Shown here: positions 9,252-18,166 of the stretch, piece after piece | How the letters are laid out: the number at the start of each line of letters is the position of its first letter | Numbering within the stretch: the stretch's first letter is position 1 | NCBI GenBank assembly: GCA_022821725.1 | Contig: JAJEDB010000043.1 | Span: 22,563 to 86,562, forward strand | Direction of reading: 5' to 3' | Length of the DNA: 64,000 nt | From: Candidatus Poribacteria bacterium | GTDB taxonomy: Bacteria > Poribacteria > WGA-4E > WGA-3G | Translations under genes and position numbers: made by a program | Notes under the pieces: generated by a model | What the model saw: only the letters and a program-made list of their open reading frames with translations | Told to the model about the DNA's origin: nothing | Database searches by the model: none

Positions 9252-10448
9252 ATGCAAGGTGGGCTGGAACGCGCCACAGGTGAGAAGATGGTCCTCAGCT
9301 TCGGTCCGCAACATCCGGCAACGCATGGCACCCTTCGCATTGTGTTAGAACTTGATGGCGAATCCGTTCTGAAAGCGACACCACATGCCGGCTACCTGCA
9401 TACCGGATTTGAGAAACTCGGTGAACACTTGGATTACAACCAGTACATCGTTGTAACCGATCGGATGAACTATCTGTCGCCGTTGTCTAACAATTTCGGC
9501 TATGTGCTTGCTGTCGAGCAGTTGCTCGACATTGAGGTTCCAAAGCGGTGTCAATACATCCGTATATTGATGGCGGAACTCTCACGACTCGCAGATCACC
9601 TCTTATGGTTGGGAACTGCCGCCTTGGACTTAGGGGCATTCTCTGTATTCCTCTATAGTTTCCGAGAACGCGAGAAGTTGTATAGCATTTTTGAAAAGAC
9701 GACCGGCGCACGGTTGACGACCAGTTACACGCGTATTGGCGGTGTGCTTCGCGATCTCTATGCTGGGTGTGAAGAAGATGTGCGCGAATTCGTCAATAAC
9801 TTCCCGAAGGCGTTGAAGGAGACGCATACGCTCCTCACACGAAACCGTATCTGGATGGATCGGACGAAAGGTGTCGGACCCATTTCAGCTGATGATGCCA
9901 TCGACTACGGATTAACAGGTCCCTGCCTTCGAGCCGCCGGTGTAGCGCATGATATACGCAAGGCTGAACCGTATTCCAGTTACGATGAGGTCACCTTTGA
10001 TGTGCCAGTTGGAACGAATGGTGATGCCTACGATCGCTACCTTGTCCGGATGGAGGAGATGATCCAGAGTTGCGGTATCGTTAGCCAAGTCTTGGATAAC
10101 ATGCCTGACGGACCGGTCAACGTTGAGAATAATAAGATCACGATGCCGAATAAATCGGATGCTTACGGGCATATTGAGGGTTTAATCCATCACTTTAAGG
10201 TTGTCATGGATGGACACGGTGTCGAAACGCCAAAGGGTGAGCATTATTGTGCAACCGAGTCCCCGAACGGCGAACTCGGATTTTATATTCTCAGTGATGG
10301 CAGCGGCACGGCTTATCGCATCCGCATCCGTCCACCGAGTCTTTTGCACTTCCAAGCACTCCCCCACATGTTAGAGGGCGGAATGGTTTCCGATACCGTG
10401 GCCGTCTTGGGAAGTTTGAATGTTATTGCCGGAGAGTTGGATCGCTAA
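9252..10448 (+). CDS. nuoD: NADH-quinone oxidoreductase subunit D
   Basis: GPQHPATHGTLR, GYLHTGFEK, DRMNY, C-terminal GELDR. Confidence 0.97.
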   Translation: MQGGLERATGEKMVLSFGPQHPATHGTLRIVLELDGESVLKATPHAGYLHTGFEKLGEHLDYNQYIVVTDRMNYLSPLSNNFGYVLAVEQLLDIEVPKRCQYIRILMAELSRLADHLLWLGTAALDLGAFSVFLYSFREREKLYSIFEKTTGARLTTSYTRIGGVLRDLYAGCEEDVREFVNNFPKALKETHTLLTRNRIWMDRTKGVGPISADDAIDYGLTGPCLRAAGVAHDIRKAEPYSSYDEVTFDVPVGTNGDAYDRYLVRMEEMIQSCGIVSQVLDNMPDGPVNVENNKITMPNKSDAYGHIEGLIHHFKVVMDGHGVETPKGEHYCATESPNGELGFYILSDGSGTAYRIRIRPPSLLHFQALPHMLEGGMVSDTVAVLGSLNVIAGELDR

Positions 10449-10463
10449 AATAGAGAGAATGAA

Positions 10464-10820
10464 ATGAAAGAGAATGAATTGAATCTCAGCGGCATTATGC
10501 TTTTCGTCAAAGACATGAAAACTGTCATAGCGTTTTACAGGGATGTCATCGGATTGACGCCTGACGAAGATCAACCGTTCCCAGAACACCGCTTTTTTCG
10601 CTTTAACGCGGGTGATTGCACCTTGTGCCTCCATAGCGCGAGCAAACCCAACGAAGGCAGACAGAAACTCATGTTTCACGTTGAAAGCGTGAGTGCCATT
10701 CATCAGCACATAAAATCGAAAGGGAAGCGATTACGGAAACTTGAGAACGACGAGGGGCATGCCATTTTCGATATCCGCGATCCAGAAGGCAACCGTATTC
10801 AGTTTTACGGGAAATACTAA
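10464..10820 (+). CDS. VOC/glyoxalase family protein
   Basis: V.D....AFY..V.G N-terminus and DPEGNRIQ C-terminus. Confidence 0.8.
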   Translation: MKENELNLSGIMLFVKDMKTVIAFYRDVIGLTPDEDQPFPEHRFFRFNAGDCTLCLHSASKPNEGRQKLMFHVESVSAIHQHIKSKGKRLRKLENDEGHAIFDIRDPEGNRIQFYGKY

Positions 10821-10993
10821 TTTCGATATAACAGGAGAGGATACAACAGAAGAAGAAGTGAAAGATCTTGCTGGCACCTGTTACTTCACTTCTAATCCGC
10901 AGTATTTACAGTTAGTGTTTCGGCGGACCTCGTTAGAAATACTTCATTCTCTTTTTGAGAAGATTTACTCGCGGAGGCAAAGGACTACTACAG

Positions 10994-11464
10994 ATGTTTA
11001 AAAGTGTATGGATTCAGGGTTTGGTCGCTCTGATGATTCTTTTGGGCTCTGGTATAGTGTTTTCTCAAGCACAACTACCAATAACACCTACTGCAACGGT
11101 GAAAACTGTATTCATAGGACTTCCCAAAACAGGTACGGCTTTCAGTGGAACGGAAGATGCAAAACTTCTAAAGTTATCGCATGAGCGGGCAAAGAAACTT
11201 GATTGCGTCATAATCAAGAAGGGCGATAAATATTTTTGGACATCTCGTGATGATCACGAAGTAGAAAAAATTGTTGGAGGTGCTTTCATTACGTTTAGAA
11301 GATTAGATCGTCCTGATTATGTCAGAATTGTTAACCCGGATTTAAAAAGAAGTGCTGCACTATTGGACGAGGCTGCGGAAAAGTTTGACTATGTTGAGCA
11401 TATAACGATTAACTTAACCAGTTTAACTTATTACGGATCAGCAATAAAATATCAACCTGACTGA
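10994..11464 (+). CDS. Hypothetical secreted protein
   Basis: N-terminal hydrophobic signal (MFKSVWIQGLVALMILLGSGIVFSQA); no recognised domain. Confidence 0.6.
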   Translation: MFKSVWIQGLVALMILLGSGIVFSQAQLPITPTATVKTVFIGLPKTGTAFSGTEDAKLLKLSHERAKKLDCVIIKKGDKYFWTSRDDHEVEKIVGGAFITFRRLDRPDYVRIVNPDLKRSAALLDEAAEKFDYVEHITINLTSLTYYGSAIKYQPD

Positions 11465-11489
11465 TTCAGATCCATTCAATTTATAACCA

Positions 11490-11723
11490 ATGTACTTTGA
11501 AATCATTGGCACAATCGAAAACATTGAAACGATTGCCGTGGGTGGACGAATCCGTGAAATTCAAAGGCTTCGTAAACAATATGGTTCTGGAAGATGGCGG
11601 AAGCTTAAAGGTATTGCCTATATTCGCCTGACGAAAGGTAGTATTCGGAGAGCAGAGATTCATTGGTATGAAGCTCATGGAATTGGTAAAAAGAAGATGA
11701 AAATCAAACGATTTCTGGACTAA
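11490..11723 (+). CDS. Small basic protein, putative toxin of a two-gene module
   Basis: 77 aa, Arg/Lys-rich, AEIHWYEAHGIGK motif; 4 nt from an acidic partner. Confidence 0.65.
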   Translation: MYFEIIGTIENIETIAVGGRIREIQRLRKQYGSGRWRKLKGIAYIRLTKGSIRRAEIHWYEAHGIGKKKMKIKRFLD

Positions 11724-11727
11724 AATT

Positions 11728-11958
11728 ATGAAAAAAAAACTATTAGAAACCCAATTCGTGCTTTGCATCGAAAATAGAGACTGTGAGGACATAGAGAAGC
11801 GGAAATTCTACCAACTTTTGCCTGACGTAGAAGCGGCTCGCGAGGGATATCTGCGAGTTGTTGATGAATCTCAGGAAGACTATCTGTATCCTGAATCTTA
11901 TTTCATTTTTGTTGAACTGCCTCGCAAAGTACAGGAGGCATTTGTAGCAGCAGATTAA
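11728..11958 (+). CDS. Small acidic protein, putative antitoxin/immunity protein
   Basis: 76 aa, RVVDESQEDYLYP motif; coupled to the preceding ORF. Confidence 0.65.
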   Translation: MKKKLLETQFVLCIENRDCEDIEKRKFYQLLPDVEAAREGYLRVVDESQEDYLYPESYFIFVELPRKVQEAFVAAD

Positions 11959-11965
11959 TATCAGC

Positions 11966-12102
11966 AAAATGTTACACTTTTCGCCAAATTATTATTTTTT
12001 TTCACCGCGGGAGATCAGAAAAAATGACCTTGAACCCTTACGGTCCCTGGGTTTTATATGCCTAACCTCTGCAAGGAAAATGTTACACAAGTGTAACATT
12101 TT
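11966..12102. mobile_element. MITE-like element with 14-bp terminal inverted repeats
   Basis: AAAATGTTACACTT (11966) and AAGTGTAACATTTT (12089-12102); the right end is itself the palindrome AAAATGTTACAC-AA-GTGTAACATTTT. Confidence 0.55.
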
Positions 12103-12126
12103 TGGAGAATTTTAAGGAAAACATAG

Positions 12127-12645
12127 ATGTCAGATGAACTCATTCAAATCGAAACGCCTTTCGCGTTTAATGAAGAAAATCAACGCGAATTCGACGCGTT
12201 GATAGGACGGTACCCCGTTAAAGAAGCGGCGATGCTCCCAACCCTTCATCTTGCGCAAAGGCAAGCAGGGTACATCACCCCTGCCGTCATGAAGTATGTC
12301 GCAGAGCAACTTGAAGTCTCTGTGATGAAGGTCAAGGATGTCGTTACTTTCTATCCGATGTTCTTTGAGGAACCGGTCGGTGAGTACGTGATTCGGGTAT
12401 GCCATACGTTGCCTTGTGCGTTGCGAGATTGTAAAGGCGTTTTGGACCATCTTAAGACGAAGTTGGACACGGATGTTGCTGCTGAAACCAATCTCGCCAA
12501 AGGCACAACCCCTGATGGGAAGTTCACGCTCATGAAAGTGGAATGCCTTGCCTCATGTGATGTCGCTCCTGTTATCATGGTGAATGACGATTTGCATAAG
12601 AATTTAACCCCGGAAAAAATTGATGAAATCATAGATAATCTGTAG
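12127..12645 (+). CDS. nuoE: NADH-quinone oxidoreductase subunit E
   Basis: VVTFYPMF, CxxxxC and ECLASCDVAPV [2Fe-2S] motifs. Confidence 0.95.
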   Translation: MSDELIQIETPFAFNEENQREFDALIGRYPVKEAAMLPTLHLAQRQAGYITPAVMKYVAEQLEVSVMKVKDVVTFYPMFFEEPVGEYVIRVCHTLPCALRDCKGVLDHLKTKLDTDVAAETNLAKGTTPDGKFTLMKVECLASCDVAPVIMVNDDLHKNLTPEKIDEIIDNL

Positions 12646-12655
12646 AGGAGATAGT

Positions 12656-14131
12656 ATGGTAGAAGAAAGACGAATTCTCTACGAGCATCTGGATGTGCCT
12701 GATATTAACACGTTCGATGTCTTTCGGCAATACGACGGTTACACCCGCTTTGAAAAGGCAATCACGGAATATCAACCAGACGATATCGCAAAAATGGTGA
12801 TGGATTCCGGGTTGAAGGGTAGAGGCGGTGCCGGATTTTCGACAGGCTTGAAATGGAGTTTCGTTCCAAGAGACATAAAACCGTGTTATCTCTGTTGCAA
12901 TGCCGACGAAAGTGAACCAGGGACGTTTAGTAATCGCTACGTTTTGGAAAAGAATCCACACCTATTGATTGAGGGTATCCTGATTTGCTGCTATGCAATG
13001 GGCATTGAGACGACGTATGTCTACATTCGCGGTGAATTCACACTCGGGAAAAAGATGCTGGATGCCGCTATCAAAGAAGCTTACGAGAAGGGATACCTCG
13101 GCAAAGACATCCGTGGCACGGGTCTCAACATCGACATCTATACACACCCAGGTGCCGGTGCCTATATCTGTGGCGAGGAGACGGGACTCATTGAATCGCT
13201 TGAGGGCAAACGTGGGCAACCGCGGAACAAGCCTCCGTTCCCTGCTGTTGAAGGCGTATTTGGAAAACCCACCGTCGTTCAGAATGTCGAGACGTTGTGT
13301 AACCTGCCTTTCATCGTTGGCAACGGCGTTGAATGGTATACCCAGATGGGACCGACGTATGCCGATACGCGCGCGAATCCACCGACACCCGACCCCAACA
13401 CAGGCACGAAGCTTTATTGCATCAGTGGCGATGTTAACGAACCCGGTGTTTATGAGCTCGATCTCGGTTTGACCTGTTCAGAACTCATTGAGGTCGCAGG
13501 TGGACTGCGCGGCGAAGAGGTGAAAGCAGTTATCCCTGGTGGGAGTTCCGCACCGATTTTAACACACTACGAGTTGGACACGCGACTGGACTTTACCTCG
13601 CTCACGCTTGCTAAGTCAATGCTCGGCTCCGGGGGCATCATTGTCATGAACGAGACCCGGAACATCGTCGATTGCCTGCTCAATATCATGAAGTTCTATG
13701 CCCATGAATCGTGTGGACAGTGTACGCCGTGCCGTTGGGGAACCCCGTGGGTGCGAGATATTGTGCAACGGATCGCCGATGGAGATGGGCGAAAAAGCAC
13801 GATGACACGTCCTAAATTCGGTGTCGCTGAAAATGGTAGATGGGGTGATACCGGTGAGACAGAAGAGATCTACGAGGACTTAGATTTGCTGGAAAGTGTC
13901 GCCAATAACATTGCGAATGTGGATACAATGACGTGGAATACGATTTGTGTCTTTGGCATCGCAGTTTCCTGGCCTGCTGTGAGTTATCTGCGCAAGTTCC
14001 GACCCGAATTTGAAGCCGCTATCCGAGAAGGGAAACTTGTCACGCTACCTGTTGCTGAGGCGACTGTCCCACCGGAAGAAAATTACGCGTATCAACAGCG
14101 GTTTATTCCGAAGGAGTTCGCTGACCTATAA
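12656..14131 (+). CDS. nuoF: NADH-quinone oxidoreductase subunit F
   Basis: GLKGRGGAGF, NADESEPG, GAGAYICGEET, ESCGQCTPCR. Confidence 0.97.
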   Translation: MVEERRILYEHLDVPDINTFDVFRQYDGYTRFEKAITEYQPDDIAKMVMDSGLKGRGGAGFSTGLKWSFVPRDIKPCYLCCNADESEPGTFSNRYVLEKNPHLLIEGILICCYAMGIETTYVYIRGEFTLGKKMLDAAIKEAYEKGYLGKDIRGTGLNIDIYTHPGAGAYICGEETGLIESLEGKRGQPRNKPPFPAVEGVFGKPTVVQNVETLCNLPFIVGNGVEWYTQMGPTYADTRANPPTPDPNTGTKLYCISGDVNEPGVYELDLGLTCSELIEVAGGLRGEEVKAVIPGGSSAPILTHYELDTRLDFTSLTLAKSMLGSGGIIVMNETRNIVDCLLNIMKFYAHESCGQCTPCRWGTPWVRDIVQRIADGDGRKSTMTRPKFGVAENGRWGDTGETEEIYEDLDLLESVANNIANVDTMTWNTICVFGIAVSWPAVSYLRKFRPEFEAAIREGKLVTLPVAEATVPPEENYAYQQRFIPKEFADL

Positions 14132-14146
14132 GGAAAAAATTTAAAA

Positions 14147-15808
14147 ATGGCATTTGTTAAACTGAATGACCTTGAGATAGAGGTTGAAGATGGAACGAAT
14201 GTAGTCGAGGCAGCAAGGCAACACGGTATTGAAGTCCCTCACTACTGTTATCACCAAGGGTTGAGCCGTCCAGCGAATTGCAGAATGTGTCTCGTTGAAC
14301 CGCATGTCTTCTTCCCACCTGCTGGCGCAATCGTCCCGGATCGACAACTCGCAACCGGGTGTACCACGGTGTTGAGAACGGCACCGCCCGATAGAAAACT
14401 TGATGGGAAATACGACTTTATTGTCCGCACAGATAGCGAGCGCGTCAAAAAGGCACGCGCGGACATATTGGAATTTCTGCTTGTGCATCACCCACTTGAT
14501 TGCCCCGTCTGTGATCAGGCTGGTGAATGCGATTTGCAAGACTACTCACATCGACATGGACATGATAAGAGTCGCTATCTTGAGGTCAAAAACGTTCCAC
14601 CTAAGAAAGACTTGGGGCCTGATGTATTGCTCTACGCGACACGCTGCGTTGTCTGCACCCGGTGTATCCGATTTGCTGACGAGGTTTCTGGAACGGGGGA
14701 ATTGGGCTTAGTTCACCGCGGCTCCCACGATGAAATTGATATCCCACGCAGCCACGAGGGTGTTCCCCTGCAGGTACTGGATAACAAATTGGCAGGAAAT
14801 GTTGTTGATATCTGTCCCGTTGGGGCATTGATTAGCAAAGACTTCCTGTTCAAGTCGCGTCCATGGTTCTTGGAGAAAGCGAATAGCGTCTGTTCAGGAT
14901 GTAGTGTCGGTTGCAATATCACCGTAGAATATAAAGCCGACGGTGTTTACAGACTCAAGCCGCGCTTCCACGAAGACATCAACCAACATTGGATGTGCGA
15001 CGACGGTCGCCTCGGTTACCACTATGTTAACAGCGATGACCGGCTCCAACTTCCCCTTAAACGGGTTGACGACGCTCTCACGCCAACACATTGGGCAGAT
15101 GCCTTAGCGACGATTACAGAAAAATTGTCGGAAATAGAAACTGAAGATATTGTTGTTATCGGCTCTGCACAGGGCACCAATGAAGACAACTACGTCTTAC
15201 AGCAGTTCGCGCATGATGTCCTGAAAACAACACAGTTGGGACTCTTTGGACATCTGCCCGGTGAAGCACACAAGTTCCCACAATTTACAATTGAAGCCGA
15301 CAAGAATCCAAACACGGCAGGGGCACGAACGATACTCGGTTCCACGAATGGCAACACCGTTTTAGAGGGTGATGCGCTTTGGGAAAAGGTATCAAGTGCC
15401 AAAGTCGTCTACCTCGTGAGTGGTGCACCGGAACGTCCTCTTGAAGATGCTGAAAAAGCTGCATTGGAGAGTGTCGATTTCCTTATTGTGCAAGATGTTT
15501 TGCCTTCAGAAGTAACCCAGTTCGCTGATGTCGTCCTACCCGGAACAACCTTCGCAGAGAAAGATGGCACCTTCACCAACTCTACAGGGTGGGTGCAGCG
15601 GATTCGTAAGACGATTGATCCGCCGGGCGAAGCACGTGTGGATTGGGAAATTACGCAGCAGCTTGCTAAGCAGTTGGGCGGCGAGATGAACTATCACTTT
15701 GCGGGTGAAATCGCATTGGAAATTGCTGAGAATGTACCGGGCTATGCTGATGCAACACATCAAAAAATTGGAGATGCGGGGATTAAGTTAGCAGACAGCA
15801 CTCAGTAA
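14147..15808 (+). CDS. nuoG: NADH-quinone oxidoreductase subunit G (short form, 553 aa)
   Basis: CYH...NCRMC, HPLDCPVCDQAGEC, CVVCTRC..CP and CSGCSVGC...C cluster motifs; EKDGTFTN. Confidence 0.92.
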   Translation: MAFVKLNDLEIEVEDGTNVVEAARQHGIEVPHYCYHQGLSRPANCRMCLVEPHVFFPPAGAIVPDRQLATGCTTVLRTAPPDRKLDGKYDFIVRTDSERVKKARADILEFLLVHHPLDCPVCDQAGECDLQDYSHRHGHDKSRYLEVKNVPPKKDLGPDVLLYATRCVVCTRCIRFADEVSGTGELGLVHRGSHDEIDIPRSHEGVPLQVLDNKLAGNVVDICPVGALISKDFLFKSRPWFLEKANSVCSGCSVGCNITVEYKADGVYRLKPRFHEDINQHWMCDDGRLGYHYVNSDDRLQLPLKRVDDALTPTHWADALATITEKLSEIETEDIVVIGSAQGTNEDNYVLQQFAHDVLKTTQLGLFGHLPGEAHKFPQFTIEADKNPNTAGARTILGSTNGNTVLEGDALWEKVSSAKVVYLVSGAPERPLEDAEKAALESVDFLIVQDVLPSEVTQFADVVLPGTTFAEKDGTFTNSTGWVQRIRKTIDPPGEARVDWEITQQLAKQLGGEMNYHFAGEIALEIAENVPGYADATHQKIGDAGIKLADSTQ

Positions 15809-15842
15809 AAAGAGTGGATTTTGGAAACGTTAAAACCAAATT

Positions 15843-15930
15843 GTAGCCTGCAACAACGGTGCAGGCGGATATAGGGAAGGCGCGTTAGAGTCAGCACCTA
15901 CGTTCTTTCTCCGCAAGGAATATTTAAAAT
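15843..15930 (+). repeat. 88-bp leader repeat, copy C, ending at the nuoH ATG
   Basis: GTAGCCTGCAACAACGGTGCAGGCGG ... CCGCAAGGAATATTTAAAAT-ATG. Confidence 0.85.
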
Positions 15931-17115
15931 ATGGAAAATTTCCCTCTCGTTTTAATCATCAGTTCAATCGTCAAGATTCTCATCATTGTGCATCTGCTGC
16001 TGATTGGCGTGATGATAATGATCTGGGCGGAACGGCGGGTGAGCGGATGGATGCAGGATCGGTTGGGACCCAACCGGGTTGGTCCCCAAGGACTCCTCCA
16101 ACCTGTTGCAGATGGGCTTAAGTTTCTGTTTAAAGAAGACCTCATCCCAGATCACGTGGATAAGCCGCTGTATGTGATGGCACCCGCGATGTTGTTAGTC
16201 CCAGCACTTGTGGCGGTCGCAGTCGTGCCATTTGGGAGCGCTATTACGGTATTTGGGCATGAAATACCGCTCCAGATTGCAGATATCAACATCGGTATCC
16301 TATATATATTGGCGATAACGTCCCTTGGGGTCTATGGTGTTGTGCTGGGGGCATGGGCATCTAACAACAAGTATTCCCTTCTGGGGGGTCTACGTTCTTC
16401 TGCGCAGATGATTAGTTACGAGCTAACGCTCGGATTGGGTATTATCGGAATACTGATGCTAACGAGTTCTCTCAGTCTTCGGACAATCGCAGTAGAACAA
16501 GGTGCCTATCCGTGGCAGTGGAATTTCCTGATTCACTTTCCGGCATTTCTGGCGTTTACAACAGCGATGTTCGCAGAAACCAACCGATTGCCCTTTGACC
16601 TCGCTGAAGCGGAACAGGAGCTTGTCGCAGGCTATCACACCGAATACAGTAGCATGAAATTCGCAATGTTTTTTATGGCTGAATATATGAACATGATTGT
16701 TGGGTCTGCCGTGACAGTGACGCTCTTCTTAGGAGGATGGCATTTCTTCGGTTTAGAAAATATGGGCGGTCCTGTATGGAGCGGACTGATCTCGTTCGGT
16801 ATCTTTTTTGTCAAAACAGCGATTTTCCTGTTCGTGTTTATCTGGGTGCGTTGGACGCTCCCGCGGTTCCGCTACGACCAACTCATGAACTTCGGTTGGA
16901 AATTCCTGTTGCCTGTCGCTTTGACTTCAATTGTCGTAACCGGCATTTTATGGATAACGACCAACTCTCGCCTCATTGTGGGTATTGGTAATGTCGTCTC
17001 CGCGTTTATTGTTGTATCCATTGTCGCAAGTCTCCTTGTAATGAAGACGCCTAAACCGGCAATCCAAGATAGCGACAATCGGCTCACACCGTCCGCTCTC
17101 GACGCAATAGAATAG
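15931..17115 (+). CDS. nuoH: NADH-quinone oxidoreductase subunit H
   Basis: GPNRVGPQGLLQPVADGLK, AETNRLPFDLAEAEQELVAG, PRFRYDQLM. Confidence 0.97.
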   Translation: MENFPLVLIISSIVKILIIVHLLLIGVMIMIWAERRVSGWMQDRLGPNRVGPQGLLQPVADGLKFLFKEDLIPDHVDKPLYVMAPAMLLVPALVAVAVVPFGSAITVFGHEIPLQIADINIGILYILAITSLGVYGVVLGAWASNNKYSLLGGLRSSAQMISYELTLGLGIIGILMLTSSLSLRTIAVEQGAYPWQWNFLIHFPAFLAFTTAMFAETNRLPFDLAEAEQELVAGYHTEYSSMKFAMFFMAEYMNMIVGSAVTVTLFLGGWHFFGLENMGGPVWSGLISFGIFFVKTAIFLFVFIWVRWTLPRFRYDQLMNFGWKFLLPVALTSIVVTGILWITTNSRLIVGIGNVVSAFIVVSIVASLLVMKTPKPAIQDSDNRLTPSALDAIE

Positions 17116-17120
17116 GAGGC

Positions 17121-17657
17121 ATGCTTATGAATGCAGAACAGATTCTATTTATTCTCTTTGGAGCGGTCTCGCTGATTGGCGCGATTGCTGTCATCTCGTT
17201 TCGACATCCGATTTATAGCGCGCTTTCGCTTATTGTAACGTTCTTTGCACAAGCGGGGCTTTTCGTCCTGTTGGGTGCACATTTCGTCGCGGCTGTCCAA
17301 GTCATCGTCTACGCCGGCGCGATTATGGTCCTATTCCTCTTTGTGATTATGCTCTTGAACTTGGGGACACTCTCGGTGAAAGGGGCTATTGGAACGAAAC
17401 TGAAGGGATTCGCTATTATTTTAGGCATCCTTCTTGCCGCCGAAGGCATTTACATCGCAATGAATGCCCTGAATGACACCGCAGTGGCATCGGCAGAACC
17501 TGCAGCGATAACGACAACCACTTATGACATTGGTGAGCTCTTGTTCAGCAAGTACCTCTTACCTTTTGAAGTTACCTCGCTTATCTTGTTAGCGGCATTG
17601 ATCGGCGTTATCGTCTTGGTCAAACGCGATAGTCAAGAAGAAAACCAAAATCGGTAA
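17121..17657 (+). CDS. nuoJ: NADH-quinone oxidoreductase subunit J
   Basis: QVIVYAGAIMVLFLFVIMLL, LLPFEVTSLILL. Confidence 0.95.
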   Translation: MLMNAEQILFILFGAVSLIGAIAVISFRHPIYSALSLIVTFFAQAGLFVLLGAHFVAAVQVIVYAGAIMVLFLFVIMLLNLGTLSVKGAIGTKLKGFAIILGILLAAEGIYIAMNALNDTAVASAEPAAITTTTYDIGELLFSKYLLPFEVTSLILLAALIGVIVLVKRDSQEENQNR

Positions 17658-17693
17658 CCAGTAGGTGAGTGTTATCTTCCTAACTTCAAAAAC

Positions 17694-17781
17694 ATAGCCC
17701 ATAACGTAGTGGAGGGCGGATTTGAGAAAGGCACGTTAAAGTCCAAACTCATGCCGTTTAACCGCAAGGAAAGTTAAAAGT
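17694..17781 (+). repeat. 88-bp leader repeat, copy D, ending at the nuoK ATG
   Basis: ATAGCCCATAACGTAGTGGAGGGCGG ... CCGCAAGGAAAGTTAAAAGT-ATG. Confidence 0.85.
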
Positions 17782-18081
17782 ATGTCATTAGAGTATTATC
17801 TCGTATTGAGTGCACTCCTGTTTACAACGGGAGTCATCGGGGTCCTCATCCGCAGGAACGCAATTATCATCTTTATGTGTATCGAACTGATGCTGAATGC
17901 GGCGAACCTCGCCTTTGTAGCCATCAGTCGGAGTCTCGGTGAGGCAACGGGACAGGTGTTCGTTTTCTTTGTAATGACTGTCGCCGCTGCTGAGGTCGCG
18001 ATTGGACTCGCAATTATCGTGAGCGTCTTCAAACATCGACAGACGATTAATGTGGATGAAGTTAATTCGTTGAAGGGCTAA
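17782..18081 (+). CDS. nuoK: NADH-quinone oxidoreductase subunit K
   Basis: RRN...[21 protein letters not shown]. Confidence 0.97.
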   Translation: MSLEYYLVLSALLFTTGVIGVLIRRNAIIIFMCIELMLNAANLAFVAISRSLGEATGQVFVFFVMTVAAAEVAIGLAIIVSVFKHRQTINVDEVNSLKG

Positions 18082-18166
18082 GCAAAATTGGCTATCAGTT
18101 AAAGAAGATTCTGATGTGCGTCACAAATCTCTGACTGAATACCTCGAACCCATAGAAGGATAAAAA

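Noticed and set aside
10821-10993. Possible gene relic between the VOC gene and the secreted hypothetical
   Set aside because: An open frame exists but has no start, RBS or recognisable similarity
15809-17781. Hidden or frameshifted nuoI in the nuoG-H or nuoJ-K gaps
   Set aside because: Both gaps are only about 120 bp, are occupied by the leader repeat and contain no cysteine motifs
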